Assembly (NCBI GenBank): GCA_965214605.1
Contig: OZ243961.1
Coordinates: forward strand, 1,088,001-1,152,000
Source: an uncultured Candidatus Binatia bacterium
Lineage (GTDB): Bacteria; Desulfobacterota; Binatia; Bin18
Length of the DNA stretch: 64,000 bases
Direction of reading: 5' to 3'
Both the position numbers and the translations under genes were made by a program. The notes beneath the pieces were generated by a model, which saw nothing but the letters and a program-made list of their open reading frames with translations, was not told the DNA's origin and searched no databases. This document shows positions 9,462-20,055 of this stretch, in pieces. Numbering within the stretch: position 1 is the stretch's first letter; the number at the start of each line of letters is the position of its first letter.

Positions 9462-12400
9462 ATGACAACAGTCTGGAAGAGTCTCGTTTGGGGGACAGCA
9501 CTGCTGGGGCTGGTGATGATCGGCGGCCTCGCCTTCCTCCAAACCGAACAGTTTCGGAGCCTCGCCCGCAAGCAGCTCATCACAGCCCTCAACCAGCATC
9601 TCAAAGGACACATCAGCCTGGAACGGATTGAGGGCACGTTGTGGGGTTCGCTAATCCTGCACCAGGTGCGTCTGGAGTACCAGGGCCAGACCCTTGTCCA
9701 CATCCCACGCCTGGTAGCCCGCTATCGGCTACCAGCCCTACTCAAGGGGCGGGTTTCGCACCTGACGCTTATTCAGCCGGTCGTCCAGATCGCTCAGGAC
9801 GACCAGGGTCGACTCAATCTGCTCGAAGCCGTCTCGGGGACCGCCGCGGAATCCCAGCCCGGTCAATCAAGCCTCAGCATCGGTCTGGAGAACCTGACCG
9901 TACAGGGGGGCCATCTCTCCTTTGACCTGTCTGGCCGAGCCTACCAGTTGAACAACATCAGTCTTGACGCCGACCTCGCCTCGGTTCCGACCGGCTTTGA
10001 AGCCCGTGTCCGGCGTTTGACCCTGCAAACTGCCGTCCAAGGCTTTCCGCGACTCAGCGTTGACGCCGTAGTCGCCTACCAGAATACTCTCTCCCAGGCC
10101 ATCGTCCAGCTCCAACAGCTTAGGCTCACCACAGATCACTCACGCGTCCAACTCAGCGGCCAACTCAGCGGCCCGTCCATACCCGGGACTAGTTTTGGCC
10201 TTGATATTAAACTGCTCCTCGAAAAAATCGGAGCGACCGATATGTTGTGGCTTGCCCCTGGGCTGCCCCTCAAACACGAGATCACGGGCCGGGCGCGGTT
10301 CACCGGCCGGCCGGACGATTTGCACGCGAGTCTCCAGCTCAAGACAGCCGAAGCGACTGTTGACGTCCAGGCTAGGACCGACCTCAGCCGCCGCCAGCCG
10401 AGCTATCAGGGGACGGTCACACTGGCACATCTCGATCTTGCCCAGGTATTCGATGACGAGAGGGTCAGCCGTGTACGCGCCCGTATACACGGCACTCTGC
10501 GTGGTCGCGGAGTCGGCGCGTCCGTGTCCGCTCTTGAGACCCAAGCAGACCTTCGGCTCGAGAGGCTGCGGCTGGCCGATGTCGAGCTGGGAGCAGTCTC
10601 GGTTCAGGCACGGCTGGCCGATCAGACAGTCATAGTCAACGGAGACCTGGCCGGCGCCGCCGGCCAGGTCTCTTGGCAAGGCAGTGTAGCCCTGACCAAT
10701 CCACCCAAATACGCGCTCACCTTTACCGCCAAACCCCTGACACTAGCCGTTGTAGGACAGGACACGCTCAATCTAAGTGGCACAGTGCACGGCACGGGGC
10801 TGAGATTGTCAGATATGGACACCCGGGCGGACATAACGCTTCAGCCGTCCCGCCTCGGTCGGCTCAGCCTCACACGCGGCCGCCTGCTTGCCCGCATCAG
10901 CCGGGGACGGATCCGCGTCTCAGAGGCAACGTTAGCCACCCCAGACGCTCAGCTGCATCTAGAGGGCGAGTTGGGGTCCGCTCTTGATCACAACGGCCAG
11001 TTATCCTACTCGCTGCGGGTCGACCGACTGTCCCCCTGGCTGGCTCGGGTCGGTCAGGAGGGAGCGGGTCGGCTGACGCTGGAGGGAGCGGTGACCGGTA
11101 GTCTGGCCAGCATGCGAACCCAGGGGACCCTCAGGGCCGAGGCAATCCGTCTGTCTCAACTGTCGTTGGCCACGGCCACCATCGACTTTGCCGCCGACCG
11201 GCTTGGCCAGGATCAGCCTCGGGCCAGCCTCACGGTTGGGCTGCGCGGCCTCCACGTCGGGCTTGATGTGCAAACACTCAGCGCCGCCGTGCAACTCAGC
11301 TCCTCCAACTCTGACCGACGGGCCCACCAACTGCAACTCGACCTCACCGCCACGCAGACGCCCGAGCACCAGCACCATCTCCGGGCGCACTTCTTGGTCC
11401 AACCGGAACAGATTGTAGCCCAACTTCAGAATTTGTCCCTGGCTCTGCCACTTGGTACCTGGCACCTGGCCCAGCCGGCACGGCTTCGACATCACGCGGC
11501 TGGCATCACATTCGACCGTTTTGTCCTGGCCAAACACGATGAGCCGGCCCAACAGTTCGTCCTCCAGGGTCGGCTGGCCACGACCGGTCCTCAGAAGATG
11601 CGGTTCCAACTTCGAGACGTCTCGCTCGAAGAACTCGTAGACCTGCTGCCTTCCCAACCGCCCATACGCGGCACTGTTTCGGCTGATATCCAGATTGCTG
11701 GGACCGCCGAGGTCCCGGTTGTAGCTGGTAGTGTTAGCGTGAATGATCTGCACCTTGCAGGCCAGACCCACGCCGGCCTCAGCGCAACCGTCCGGTATCA
11801 GGACCAGAAAACAGCCCTTGGGGTTATCTTCCGGCAAGACGAGCACCACACGCTGCACGCCAACGCTAGCCTGCCCGTGTCACTCAGCTGGGCCGGAGGA
11901 TTTCAGATCGGCGTCCTTGGCGATCTAAACTGCAGTATTCGCTCGGACGGCCTCAGCTTAGTCTTTCTGAACGCCTTCAGCGGCAAAGCCCTGGATGATA
12001 TCGCCGGCACCCTCCAGCTCGATCTTCAGGCCGGCGGGCCGCCCACCAAACCTCTACTCAACGGCACGTTTACCCTGCAAGACGGTCAGGTCCGCGTTAA
12101 GCCGTTGGGGCTTGCCCTGAGGCCGATCAGTCTCACTGGCAGTCTGACTCCTCACCACATCAAAATTGACCGGCTCAGAGCCGCGGCCGGCAACGGAAGT
12201 TTGCGCGGCGTGGGGCTGGTTGAGCTGCTGGATTACCGGCCCCTGGCCCTGGACCTGACGGTCGAGGCCACTGACTGGCCGACCATCTGGACCCATCAAT
12301 ATCGACTTGAAATTGACGCTGACCTCCACGCCCGCGGCCCACTTGGCGCTCCCCAGGTTAACGGTCAGATTGAGGTGCAGCGGGCCACTCTGCGACCGGA

Positions 12401-13265
12401 TTTGTCATTCTTATCAGTTCAGTCTCTGGAGCGGGACGAAACGATTGTTGTGCAGCCGAGCCTGGCCGTGCCACCGCCGAGCGACTTGCCAGCGGCACAG
12501 CAGCTGGACCAGGCCGAAGTCGGCAGGGAGCACGACCTCTTCACCAGTCTCATCCTGCAGCTGGTCGTGAATCTGGGTGACAACACCCGCGTCAAGCACC
12601 CGAACGCTCAGATTGCTCTGACCGGGGACGTGGCCCTGAGCAAAAAACACGACGAGGCGCTCCATATCGTCGGTCCTGTTAGAATAGCACGCGGCTGGGC
12701 AGGATTCCAAGGCCGCCGCTTTATCCTCAAGCGGGGAAACATTACCTTTACCGAAGCGGCCCACATGGATCCCGAGTTGGATATTCTCGGCCACTATACA
12801 CAAGACGACTATGCGATCGACGCCGTGGTTGGTGGTACGGTCAACCGCCCGACCCTCGTCCTGCGCAGCGATCCGCCTCTGGAGCAGGCCGATATTCTCT
12901 CCGTCCTGCTGTTTGGCAAACCTGCCAGGGCGCTGGGCAGAAGTGAGCAGATCGACCTGCGACAACAGGCGGTGGCCCTAACCAGCGGCTATGCCGCCGC
13001 CCGGATTGGACAATCGGTTTCGGAGGCCCTCGGGCTTGAAGAGTTGGGCATCGATCTGAGCGGACTAAATTTCTCGGGTGCTCACATCAGTTTTGAGGGC
13101 CGACTCAACCGTAAAACGCGGATTTCTGCCACCCAGAACATCGGCACCGGACATGGCCAAGCGGTAGCGGTTGATTACGAACTGAGCCCCAACATAGACA
13201 TGCGCACGACCGCCAGCTCGCAAGGCGCTAGCAGCGCCGATATTATCTGGCGCAAGCGGTATTAG
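9462..13265 (+). CDS. tamB: translocation/assembly module TamB (AsmA-like) protein
   Basis: N-terminal TM anchor, long beta-rich body, DUF490-like C-terminus (LRSDPPLEQADILSVLLFG). Confidence 0.85.
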   Translation: MTTVWKSLVWGTALLGLVMIGGLAFLQTEQFRSLARKQLITALNQHLKGHISLERIEGTLWGSLILHQVRLEYQGQTLVHIPRLVARYRLPALLKGRVSHLTLIQPVVQIAQDDQGRLNLLEAVSGTAAESQPGQSSLSIGLENLTVQGGHLSFDLSGRAYQLNNISLDADLASVPTGFEARVRRLTLQTAVQGFPRLSVDAVVAYQNTLSQAIVQLQQLRLTTDHSRVQLSGQLSGPSIPGTSFGLDIKLLLEKIGATDMLWLAPGLPLKHEITGRARFTGRPDDLHASLQLKTAEATVDVQARTDLSRRQPSYQGTVTLAHLDLAQVFDDERVSRVRARIHGTLRGRGVGASVSALETQADLRLERLRLADVELGAVSVQARLADQTVIVNGDLAGAAGQVSWQGSVALTNPPKYALTFTAKPLTLAVVGQDTLNLSGTVHGTGLRLSDMDTRADITLQPSRLGRLSLTRGRLLARISRGRIRVSEATLATPDAQLHLEGELGSALDHNGQLSYSLRVDRLSPWLARVGQEGAGRLTLEGAVTGSLASMRTQGTLRAEAIRLSQLSLATATIDFAADRLGQDQPRASLTVGLRGLHVGLDVQTLSAAVQLSSSNSDRRAHQLQLDLTATQTPEHQHHLRAHFLVQPEQIVAQLQNLSLALPLGTWHLAQPARLRHHAAGITFDRFVLAKHDEPAQQFVLQGRLATTGPQKMRFQLRDVSLEELVDLLPSQPPIRGTVSADIQIAGTAEVPVVAGSVSVNDLHLAGQTHAGLSATVRYQDQKTALGVIFRQDEHHTLHANASLPVSLSWAGGFQIGVLGDLNCSIRSDGLSLVFLNAFSGKALDDIAGTLQLDLQAGGPPTKPLLNGTFTLQDGQVRVKPLGLALRPISLTGSLTPHHIKIDRLRAAAGNGSLRGVGLVELLDYRPLALDLTVEATDWPTIWTHQYRLEIDADLHARGPLGAPQVNGQIEVQRATLRPDLSFLSVQSLERDETIVVQPSLAVPPPSDLPAAQQLDQAEVGREHDLFTSLILQLVVNLGDNTRVKHPNAQIALTGDVALSKKHDEALHIVGPVRIARGWAGFQGRRFILKRGNITFTEAAHMDPELDILGHYTQDDYAIDAVVGGTVNRPTLVLRSDPPLEQADILSVLLFGKPARALGRSEQIDLRQQAVALTSGYAAARIGQSVSEALGLEELGIDLSGLNFSGAHISFEGRLNRKTRISATQNIGTGHGQAVAVDYELSPNIDMRTTASSQGASSADIIWRKRY

Positions 13266-13296
13266 GCCTTGGAACGAAGCCACAAGGAGAGACGGA

Positions 13297-13477
13297 ACCG
13301 CATTCGGATGGGCAACACTCCTCCCAGTTGTCGGGGAGGTCCGCCCCCGTTGCAATGCTGTAAGCAGAAGCTTGCGGGTTTGGCATAGCCCTCTTGTCTC
13401 TGGGCTAGAAACGCAGTCAGAACACGCACGAGGCAGACTCTGCGCTACTGCATTCCACACGGGAAAAACAAGGAGAC
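13297..13477 (+). repeat. diverged direct repeat, copy 2
   Basis: Similar to 7290-7472 in the same orientation. Confidence 0.8.
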
Positions 13478-13502
13478 GCTGGAGGAGAGAGAGGAGGAGC
13501 GC

Positions 13503-14624
13503 GTGAAAGTGCCATTCATAGATCTCAAAGCCCAGTACACGAGCATCAAGTCTGAAATCCGGGCCGCGATTGACCGGGTGTGCGAGTCCCAACACTTTAT
13601 CCTCGGCCCTGAGGTGGAGGCCCTTGAAGCGGACGTCGCTGCCCTGTGCGGAGCCCGTTTTGGGGTCGGCGTGTCTTCCGGTACTGACGCCTTACTTGTT
13701 GCCCTGATGGCGCTTGGTGTCGGAGCGGACGATGAGGTGGTGACAACACCCTATTCGTTTTTTGCCACCTCGGGTGTCATCGCTCGACTCAATGCCCGCC
13801 CGGTTTTTGTCGATATCGACCCCCAAACCTTCACTATCGACCTCAGCGCGGTCCCGGCCAAATTCAACGCCAAGACAAAAGCCATCATCCCAGTCCACTT
13901 ATATGGTCGATGTGTCGATCTAAAAGATATTGCTCGGCTGGCTGCCGCGCGCAAGATTCCAATTATTGAGGACGCTGCTCAGGCCATTGGGGCTATCGAC
14001 CCACACGGCCAGCCCGCAGGAACAGGCGGCGCAATGGGCTGTTTTTCGTTTTTTCCGAGCAAAAATCTGGGGGCCTTTGGTGACGGCGGCATGGTTGTCA
14101 CCAATGATGAAGGGCTAGTGGAGAGATTGCGCAACCTGCGCGTCCATGGCAGTCCCCACAAAGACGACTACGCCATGGTTGGTGGAAATTTTCGACTTGA
14201 TGCCCTACAGGCGGCGGTTCTACGGGTGAAGCTTCCCTATGTGGCAATGTGGACGGCTCTGCGGCGTGACAATGCCGAGCGGTATCGGCGTCTGTGTCAC
14301 GCCGCAGGGCTCTTGGACTGGCTCAGCCTGCCCCAAGACGTACCCGGTCATACCTATCATCAATTTACGATTCGGCTCCCCAAACGCGATGGAGTGGCCA
14401 AATTCTTGCAGCAACATGGGGTGGCAGCCGCCATTTATTACCCGCGCCCGCTCCATCTCCAGGAGTGTTTTGCCCCGCTCGGCTATCGAGAAGGAGATTT
14501 TCCCCATGCTGAGGCGGCCGCTCGGGAATCTCTGGCTCTCCCCATCTATCCGGAGCTGACCGAGGCTCAACAGCAATACGTCGTGGCAACGCTTAAAGCC
14601 GCCCGTCGCGAGTACGGCAGGTGA
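13503..14624 (+). CDS. DegT/DnrJ/EryC1/StrS PLP-dependent aminotransferase
   Basis: SSGTDAL, PVHLYG, IEDAAQA, SFFPSKNLGAFGDGG, NFRLDALQA; GAGGAGG RBS. Confidence 0.95.
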   Translation: MKVPFIDLKAQYTSIKSEIRAAIDRVCESQHFILGPEVEALEADVAALCGARFGVGVSSGTDALLVALMALGVGADDEVVTTPYSFFATSGVIARLNARPVFVDIDPQTFTIDLSAVPAKFNAKTKAIIPVHLYGRCVDLKDIARLAAARKIPIIEDAAQAIGAIDPHGQPAGTGGAMGCFSFFPSKNLGAFGDGGMVVTNDEGLVERLRNLRVHGSPHKDDYAMVGGNFRLDALQAAVLRVKLPYVAMWTALRRDNAERYRRLCHAAGLLDWLSLPQDVPGHTYHQFTIRLPKRDGVAKFLQQHGVAAAIYYPRPLHLQECFAPLGYREGDFPHAEAAARESLALPIYPELTEAQQQYVVATLKAARREYGR

Positions 14625-14793
14625 TAATCCCCGTCCTGTTTGTGCAAAGAGAGCGTTCACATCTCCAAAGCAATCCCTCCGTTAGCTCTGCGGCTTAGCC
14701 CTCTTCTTGGTGCCGTTTGATCAAACCGTCCCCCCATGACACATAGCCTTCGCTTCGGCTTAATGATAAAGCGGCACACGAGGAGGATATGTT

Positions 14794-15240
14794 ATGTCTC
14801 GCCTATTCTCAGGTGGCTGTGCCTGCACGGCGATTCGCTACGAGTGCAGCGCCGAACCTATTTTTTCCTGGACGTGTTATTGCCGGGACTGTCAACGGGC
14901 GAGTGGCGGCATGCTGTGCCCAGTGATGTACGTGCCCAAAACGGTGCTCACGATCTCAGGCCAGGCGAAATATTATGAGGTCACGGCAGATAGTGGCAAC
15001 GCCGTCCGCCGGGGCTTCTGTGCCGAATGTGGCTGTCCGGTCTTTATCGATGCCAAACTCGTGCCAGACCTGATGGGTCTGTGGGCCGCCAGCTTAGACG
15101 ATCCCAACCGCTTCACTCCCCAGGTCGAGGTGTGGACGGCCAGCGCTCCAACCTGGGCGTACCTGCAACCGGAGCTGGACAAATACGAGCACGCGCCAAA
15201 TGAAGAGCAGATGCGCTACATTCTGGCGTCTCGGGCCTAG
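14794..15240 (+). CDS. GFA/CENP-V family zinc protein
   Basis: GGCAC..IRY, CYCRDCQR, RGFCAECG. Confidence 0.9.
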   Translation: MSRLFSGGCACTAIRYECSAEPIFSWTCYCRDCQRASGGMLCPVMYVPKTVLTISGQAKYYEVTADSGNAVRRGFCAECGCPVFIDAKLVPDLMGLWAASLDDPNRFTPQVEVWTASAPTWAYLQPELDKYEHAPNEEQMRYILASRA

Positions 15241-15340
15241 GGGAGAAAGAAAAGGCAAAGAGCAAAAAATCTCCCCACATATTTGTAATGGCAGCCCTTT
15301 CTGATATATCCCTAGGGTGAGCTTTACGGGAGGAGTGCCT

Positions 15341-16105
15341 ATGGGTCGCTTGGATGGAAAAGCGATTATTCTGACGGGGGCCGCGCGCGGACAGGGAGCG
15401 GTTGCCGCGGAGACGTTTGCCAAGGAAGGAGCACGGCTCCTGCTGAGCGACGTGTTAAGCGAGAAGGGCGAGCGGGTGGCAGCCAAAATTAATGCGGACG
15501 GGGGGCAGGCCGTATTCGAAGTCGGCGATGTCTCGCAGGAAGCCGACCCACCGCGTTTGGCAGAGCGCTGCGCCTCGGCCTTCGGGCGGATCGACGTCTT
15601 ATACAACAATGCCGGAGTCATTCTCGGCAAACCCATTCAGGACACCAGTCTTGACGAGTGGAATCAGATTCTGCGGATTGACCTGACCGGCCCGTTTTTA
15701 ATGAGCAAGGCGGTCATTCCTCACATGATGACTCAAAAGAGCGGCTCCATCATCAATATCTCTTCGGCCGGTGGTATTGTTGGCTATCCCTCTATGGCCG
15801 CCTACGGGGCAGCCAAAGGCGGCCTAGTCAATCTGACCCGCTGTATGGCGGTCGATCTAGCCAGCTACAATATCCGGGTCAACGCAATCTGTCCGGGCGC
15901 AATCGATACCCCCATGCCACGTGCGTATATCAAGAACATGGAAAACAAAGAGGCGGCCTGGCAGCAGATTGCGGATGCCCATCTGTTAAAGCGCTTTGGC
16001 AGGCCGATCGAGGTCGTTCATCTGGCGCTGTTCCTGGCCGCTGATGAATCAAGCTTTATGACCGGTTCGATCATTCCGGTCGATGGTGGGCAGACGGCGT
16101 ATTAA
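15341..16105 (+). CDS. short-chain dehydrogenase/reductase
   Basis: TGAARGQG, NNAG, YGAAK, VDGG. Confidence 0.93.
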   Translation: MGRLDGKAIILTGAARGQGAVAAETFAKEGARLLLSDVLSEKGERVAAKINADGGQAVFEVGDVSQEADPPRLAERCASAFGRIDVLYNNAGVILGKPIQDTSLDEWNQILRIDLTGPFLMSKAVIPHMMTQKSGSIINISSAGGIVGYPSMAAYGAAKGGLVNLTRCMAVDLASYNIRVNAICPGAIDTPMPRAYIKNMENKEAAWQQIADAHLLKRFGRPIEVVHLALFLAADESSFMTGSIIPVDGGQTAY

Positions 16106-16106
16106 A

Positions 16107-16802
16107 TCAGTCTGAACGCACGGTCCATTTCTTCAATTGCAACACCAGGCGTTGCCGCTCGTTGAGGCTCAGATTGCCGCTGCCCTCAAGCAGCGGGAAC
16201 GTTTCGTCGCGCTGCACCATCCCAACGCCCGGAGCGTACAGGCTGATCACCGTCACCTTGCCACCTTTACTCCAGTGCATAACCTCGACACAGTCTTCGA
16301 AAGTCCCGGCTGGGAGGGTCACGGCTTGGTCTAGGGCGGTAATCTCATACCGGCCGTCGTTGTTCTCCCACACTGTCCCAGTCCGTAGGGGTCTTTTGAG
16401 GAAAAATGTAGGTCCGGCATCTGTGCTCGGCTTGTCTTGTAGCTGGGCTCGAAATTTCCTGTGGATCATCGGCTGGGGTTGGAGGTCAACATTTATATCG
16501 TTATTGGTCAGGCGCTCAATACCGTCGGCCGTTGGCCGAAACTCCTCCTCAAAACTGGCGGTCGCCAACGAATCGGTCGTAATTTTGACCACAAACACGT
16601 CCTCTTCCTCACGAACAACTTCCCACTCTTCGGTACTGCTGCCCGCGCTGCCCTCATATAGCCAGCGATTCCCCACCGCCAGCGGGAAATAGGTCACCAG
16701 GTCCGGTTGTGCCCCAGCCACACCCTGTAGCCACAGCACGATAGCGACAACCCCGATGACCACAGAGCCGCGGTGCGCACGTTTCTTCGATCGATTTCCC
16801 AT
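16107..16802 (-). CDS. secreted hypothetical protein
   Basis: Signal peptide ending VAGA-Q; YFPLAVGNRWLY and VTLPAGTF..C...YAPGVG motifs; GAGGAGG RBS. Confidence 0.7.
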   Translation of the reverse strand: MGNRSKKRAHRGSVVIGVVAIVLWLQGVAGAQPDLVTYFPLAVGNRWLYEGSAGSSTEEWEVVREEEDVFVVKITTDSLATASFEEEFRPTADGIERLTNNDINVDLQPQPMIHRKFRAQLQDKPSTDAGPTFFLKRPLRTGTVWENNDGRYEITALDQAVTLPAGTFEDCVEVMHWSKGGKVTVISLYAPGVGMVQRDETFPLLEGSGNLSLNERQRLVLQLKKWTVRSD

Positions 16803-16864
16803 CGTCCTCCTCGCCCAGTGTTCATCTTGCACACAGACCGGGCGACCAGATAAAGGATTGTACC

Positions 16865-19003
16865 ATGACCAAACGAGAAAGACACACTGGCTGTGGTGAG
16901 CAGATGACCCTGCTCACCCGGCGCGCCAGGGACGACCTCGGCACGCTAGTCGGCCAGTTGACAAGCGCCCAAGGAGACCGGCGCCGTGAGCTGCAAGCCC
17001 TTCTCCAACGCCGGCTGACCGATCCAGGCCAGTTGGCAGACAGTTCGGTCCTGCCGGCTGACCACCCGCTGAGACGCCAGGCAAGGATTGTTCAGCAGCT
17101 GTTCAGCGCCGTCACTACTGCTCCGCTGTCGACGGGCGCCCTGGCCGGCTTAGACACCATCCCGCGCCAATCTCCGCTGGCACCCTGGAAATTACTCATC
17201 CGCGCACTTGATGCGTTTTATCGCCGCGCAGATGAACTGGCTGAAGCCAATCTGGCCCGGATCCCGGCCGATTCCGGTCCGGGCCGTTTGGTCCCAGTCC
17301 TGCGAGCCCTGCTGAGTAAAACCGATACACTGGCTGAGTCGGAATTTCCCGACCCCAGCGCTCATGTAGCGGCCCTGTTGGAGCAGGTCAGCGCCGGCAA
17401 TCACGCCCGACGCAGCCAGCTCAGCCAGGCACTGCTCTCTCATAACGAAAACCCTCCCCGCGCCACCCTACAACCCTTCCTCCCGTGGCTGGCCACTCTT
17501 CCGGCTAGCCATAGACACACGTTTATAAGGACGATGTTACACCACTGGCAACGGAATGGGGGGCTGTCACCCGGCCTCATAGACCTCCTCAGCCATCAAA
17601 GCATTGACCCCGATATGCAGCGTCTTGCTGCCCTCAGCCTTGAACACCGCCACTGGGACGGGGCACTGCTGCTGTGGGACGCCTACCTCAGCGCGGCTCA
17701 GGCCGCAGGGCGGCTGTCTCCGAGCAGCCCGGAAACCGTTCATATTCTGCTGCATATGAGCGATCTGTTTCCGTCCGCTCCGCAGCAGATACTAGACGAT
17801 TTAGGCCTGGCTTCTGAACAAGCACTCCGGCACCTGATCCGCACCGGCCAGTTTCCGGCCGTCTTTGATCGGGCCGCCCTGCTTGACCGGGCACGTCAAG
17901 CCGTCGGGGCTCTCTCGCCTCAACTCGGAGCACGGGTCTTTCGGGCCTCACTCGCCTACCATGAGCGGCGCGATGTCAAACGGGCCGAGGCTGAGGCCGA
18001 AGCCTGGCACAGCGCCTATCCGCACGATCTTGAGCCCCTGCTCTACCTGCTTGAAACCGCAGAAAAGCGTGGCGCAGTCCGAAAAGCGCTCGATTTTGTA
18101 GCCAAAGCAGAAGCCCTGAACCGCCTCCATCCCCAGCTACGGCACAGCCGGTTTCGGCTCCTGTTATCAAGAGCCGAGCGGCGGATTCAAGAGGCCAAAT
18201 CCACGCTGGCCTTGGCCGATCTGGAACGCCTAGCCCAAGAACCACGAGCCAACGAGGGCGATACCAAAGCTTATCTGTTGTCTCTCAACTGGGCGCTCGC
18301 CCACAAAATGGGCGATGCCGCCAGCGCCCAAAATCTGGCGCAGACCTTAGCCAGAACGGTCAACAATCAGGCTCTGCACGCCCTGATCCTCGCCACTGTG
18401 AGTGAGATTACCAAAGTCTCTCGCCCTCAATGGTCAGCGAAAATTCCGTCCCTCCAGGCGATTGAGGGGCTGGCGCGGGCATGTGCCCTGTTTGGGGCGC
18501 TGAACCATCGGGTAGCTGTACCGGACAGTTTCGTGAGCCAGGTTGAAAAAAACCTGGACAAGGCCACTGTGGCTCAGTTGCACGCCCTGTGTCACGGCGG
18601 CTTAGCCATCGGGCAGCCAACCCTGACCTATATCGCTGCCGGTCACGGGCTGCGCTACCCAGAACCCCACCTGCACCGTTTTCTGTTGGCTCGCGGCAAA
18701 AGCCTAGGGGGAATACTCACCCATGCTCACCAAACCCGAGCCCGCAACTGTCTACGGGCGGCCCGTGAGTTGGCCAACCGGACACGGGATAAAGAGGCAA
18801 CGGACCAGGCAGCGGCAGCACTCGACACACTGCCGACCTGGGGAGAGATAGAGGCCGTGCTGCTTGCTGCTCCCCACCACCCGCCTAGTCAGGCACAAAT
18901 AGACCTGGCTCTTGAGGTCGAACGCCGTCATACTACGCCGCCACGTCTGGCCGGCCACGCGGCCGCTCACAGGCCCACTTTATCACAAGAAGCCTTGCGA
19001 TAG
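16865..19003 (+). CDS. large alpha-helical (TPR-like) hypothetical protein
   Basis: 712 aa, Ala/Leu/Arg-rich helical sequence (RKALDFVAKAEALNRLHP); first gene of the chaperone-like operon. Confidence 0.7.
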   Translation: MTKRERHTGCGEQMTLLTRRARDDLGTLVGQLTSAQGDRRRELQALLQRRLTDPGQLADSSVLPADHPLRRQARIVQQLFSAVTTAPLSTGALAGLDTIPRQSPLAPWKLLIRALDAFYRRADELAEANLARIPADSGPGRLVPVLRALLSKTDTLAESEFPDPSAHVAALLEQVSAGNHARRSQLSQALLSHNENPPRATLQPFLPWLATLPASHRHTFIRTMLHHWQRNGGLSPGLIDLLSHQSIDPDMQRLAALSLEHRHWDGALLLWDAYLSAAQAAGRLSPSSPETVHILLHMSDLFPSAPQQILDDLGLASEQALRHLIRTGQFPAVFDRAALLDRARQAVGALSPQLGARVFRASLAYHERRDVKRAEAEAEAWHSAYPHDLEPLLYLLETAEKRGAVRKALDFVAKAEALNRLHPQLRHSRFRLLLSRAERRIQEAKSTLALADLERLAQEPRANEGDTKAYLLSLNWALAHKMGDAASAQNLAQTLARTVNNQALHALILATVSEITKVSRPQWSAKIPSLQAIEGLARACALFGALNHRVAVPDSFVSQVEKNLDKATVAQLHALCHGGLAIGQPTLTYIAAGHGLRYPEPHLHRFLLARGKSLGGILTHAHQTRARNCLRAARELANRTRDKEATDQAAAALDTLPTWGEIEAVLLAAPHHPPSQAQIDLALEVERRHTTPPRLAGHAAAHRPTLSQEALR

Positions 19004-19019
19004 GATGTGGTGCTTAACA

Positions 19020-19328
19020 ATGAAAAACACCGCCATGCTCAACCCTTTTGTCGTTCTCAATGTTAAAGACACCGCCGATGATGAGACCATTCGGGCGGCC
19101 TATGTGCGAGCCCTCAGGCATTCCCCACCAGACCGCGATCCGGAAGGATTTGGCCGGATTCGGGATGCGTATGAAGCGATTCGGGATGCCGAAAAACGTC
19201 TCGCCTATCGCCTGTTCGGTCCGTTGCCGCTCGCCCGAGTTGAGGACCTATTTGATCTCATACCAGACGAACGGCGGCATCTCGGTCCAGAGCCGTGGTT
19301 AAATATCCTGCGGGGGGCACAACGGTGA
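19020..19328 (+). CDS. small J-domain (DnaJ-like) protein with atypical loop
   Basis: NPFVVLNV...IRAAY..ALRHSPPDRDPEGF.RIRDAYE. Confidence 0.8.
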   Translation: MKNTAMLNPFVVLNVKDTADDETIRAAYVRALRHSPPDRDPEGFGRIRDAYEAIRDAEKRLAYRLFGPLPLARVEDLFDLIPDERRHLGPEPWLNILRGAQR

Positions 19329-20023
19329 GCAGGTTCACTGCGGACCAACGTCAACGTCTGCTAGAGACTGTCCAATCCTGGCTTGACGAACTCGATCAGG
19401 CAGAGCCGGCCCCGTCGGGTCTTTCCCCTGACATCATGGCTTCACCTGAGCCAGTTCCCGATCTGTTTTCTGTACTTGGGCAGCTGAGCGCGCTGACTCG
19501 TGAGACCCAGCTGCAAGGCCGGGCCACCAACCGTCTGCACACCGAACTTGGTCAGACCCTAGACGGGCTGGCCGAGCAAGTTGCCCAAAGCGAGACATCC
19601 ACCTCTGGCCAAGCCTTAGTCCGCCAACTGAGCCAGGCACGGCGCGAGACGCGCACCGAACTCGTATCCGAGCTGCTTGAGGTCCGCGACCACCTGAGCC
19701 GTAATCTGATCGAGGCCGAGCGGCGGCTCACCAACTTGAGCGGCCTACGTGCCCGTCTTGGCCAACGTCCGGTGCTCGAAGCCCTCGTCAAAGGCACGCA
19801 TCTGGCCCAGGAGCGGCTCGACGATCTGCTGCGGCGGCTGGATGTGTACGAGATTGCATGTCTTAACGCGGCATTCGATCCAAATCTGATGCGAGCAACC
19901 GCAGTCAGTCACACCACCACTGCAGTTCCAGGCACGGTAATCGCAGTTATCCGTCCCGGCTACACCTGTAACGGCCAGGTCATACGTTTTGCCGAAGTAA
20001 AGGTGGCCAAGAACAAGGAATGA
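19325..20023 (+). CDS. GrpE-like nucleotide exchange factor
   Basis: Coiled coil followed by FDPNLMRA...GTV..VIRPGY...VIRFAEVKV; GTGA overlap with the J gene. Confidence 0.85.
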   Translation: MSRFTADQRQRLLETVQSWLDELDQAEPAPSGLSPDIMASPEPVPDLFSVLGQLSALTRETQLQGRATNRLHTELGQTLDGLAEQVAQSETSTSGQALVRQLSQARRETRTELVSELLEVRDHLSRNLIEAERRLTNLSGLRARLGQRPVLEALVKGTHLAQERLDDLLRRLDVYEIACLNAAFDPNLMRATAVSHTTTAVPGTVIAVIRPGYTCNGQVIRFAEVKVAKNKE

Positions 20024-20055
20024 GAAACGGCGGAGAAAGACGCTGACCAACGACC

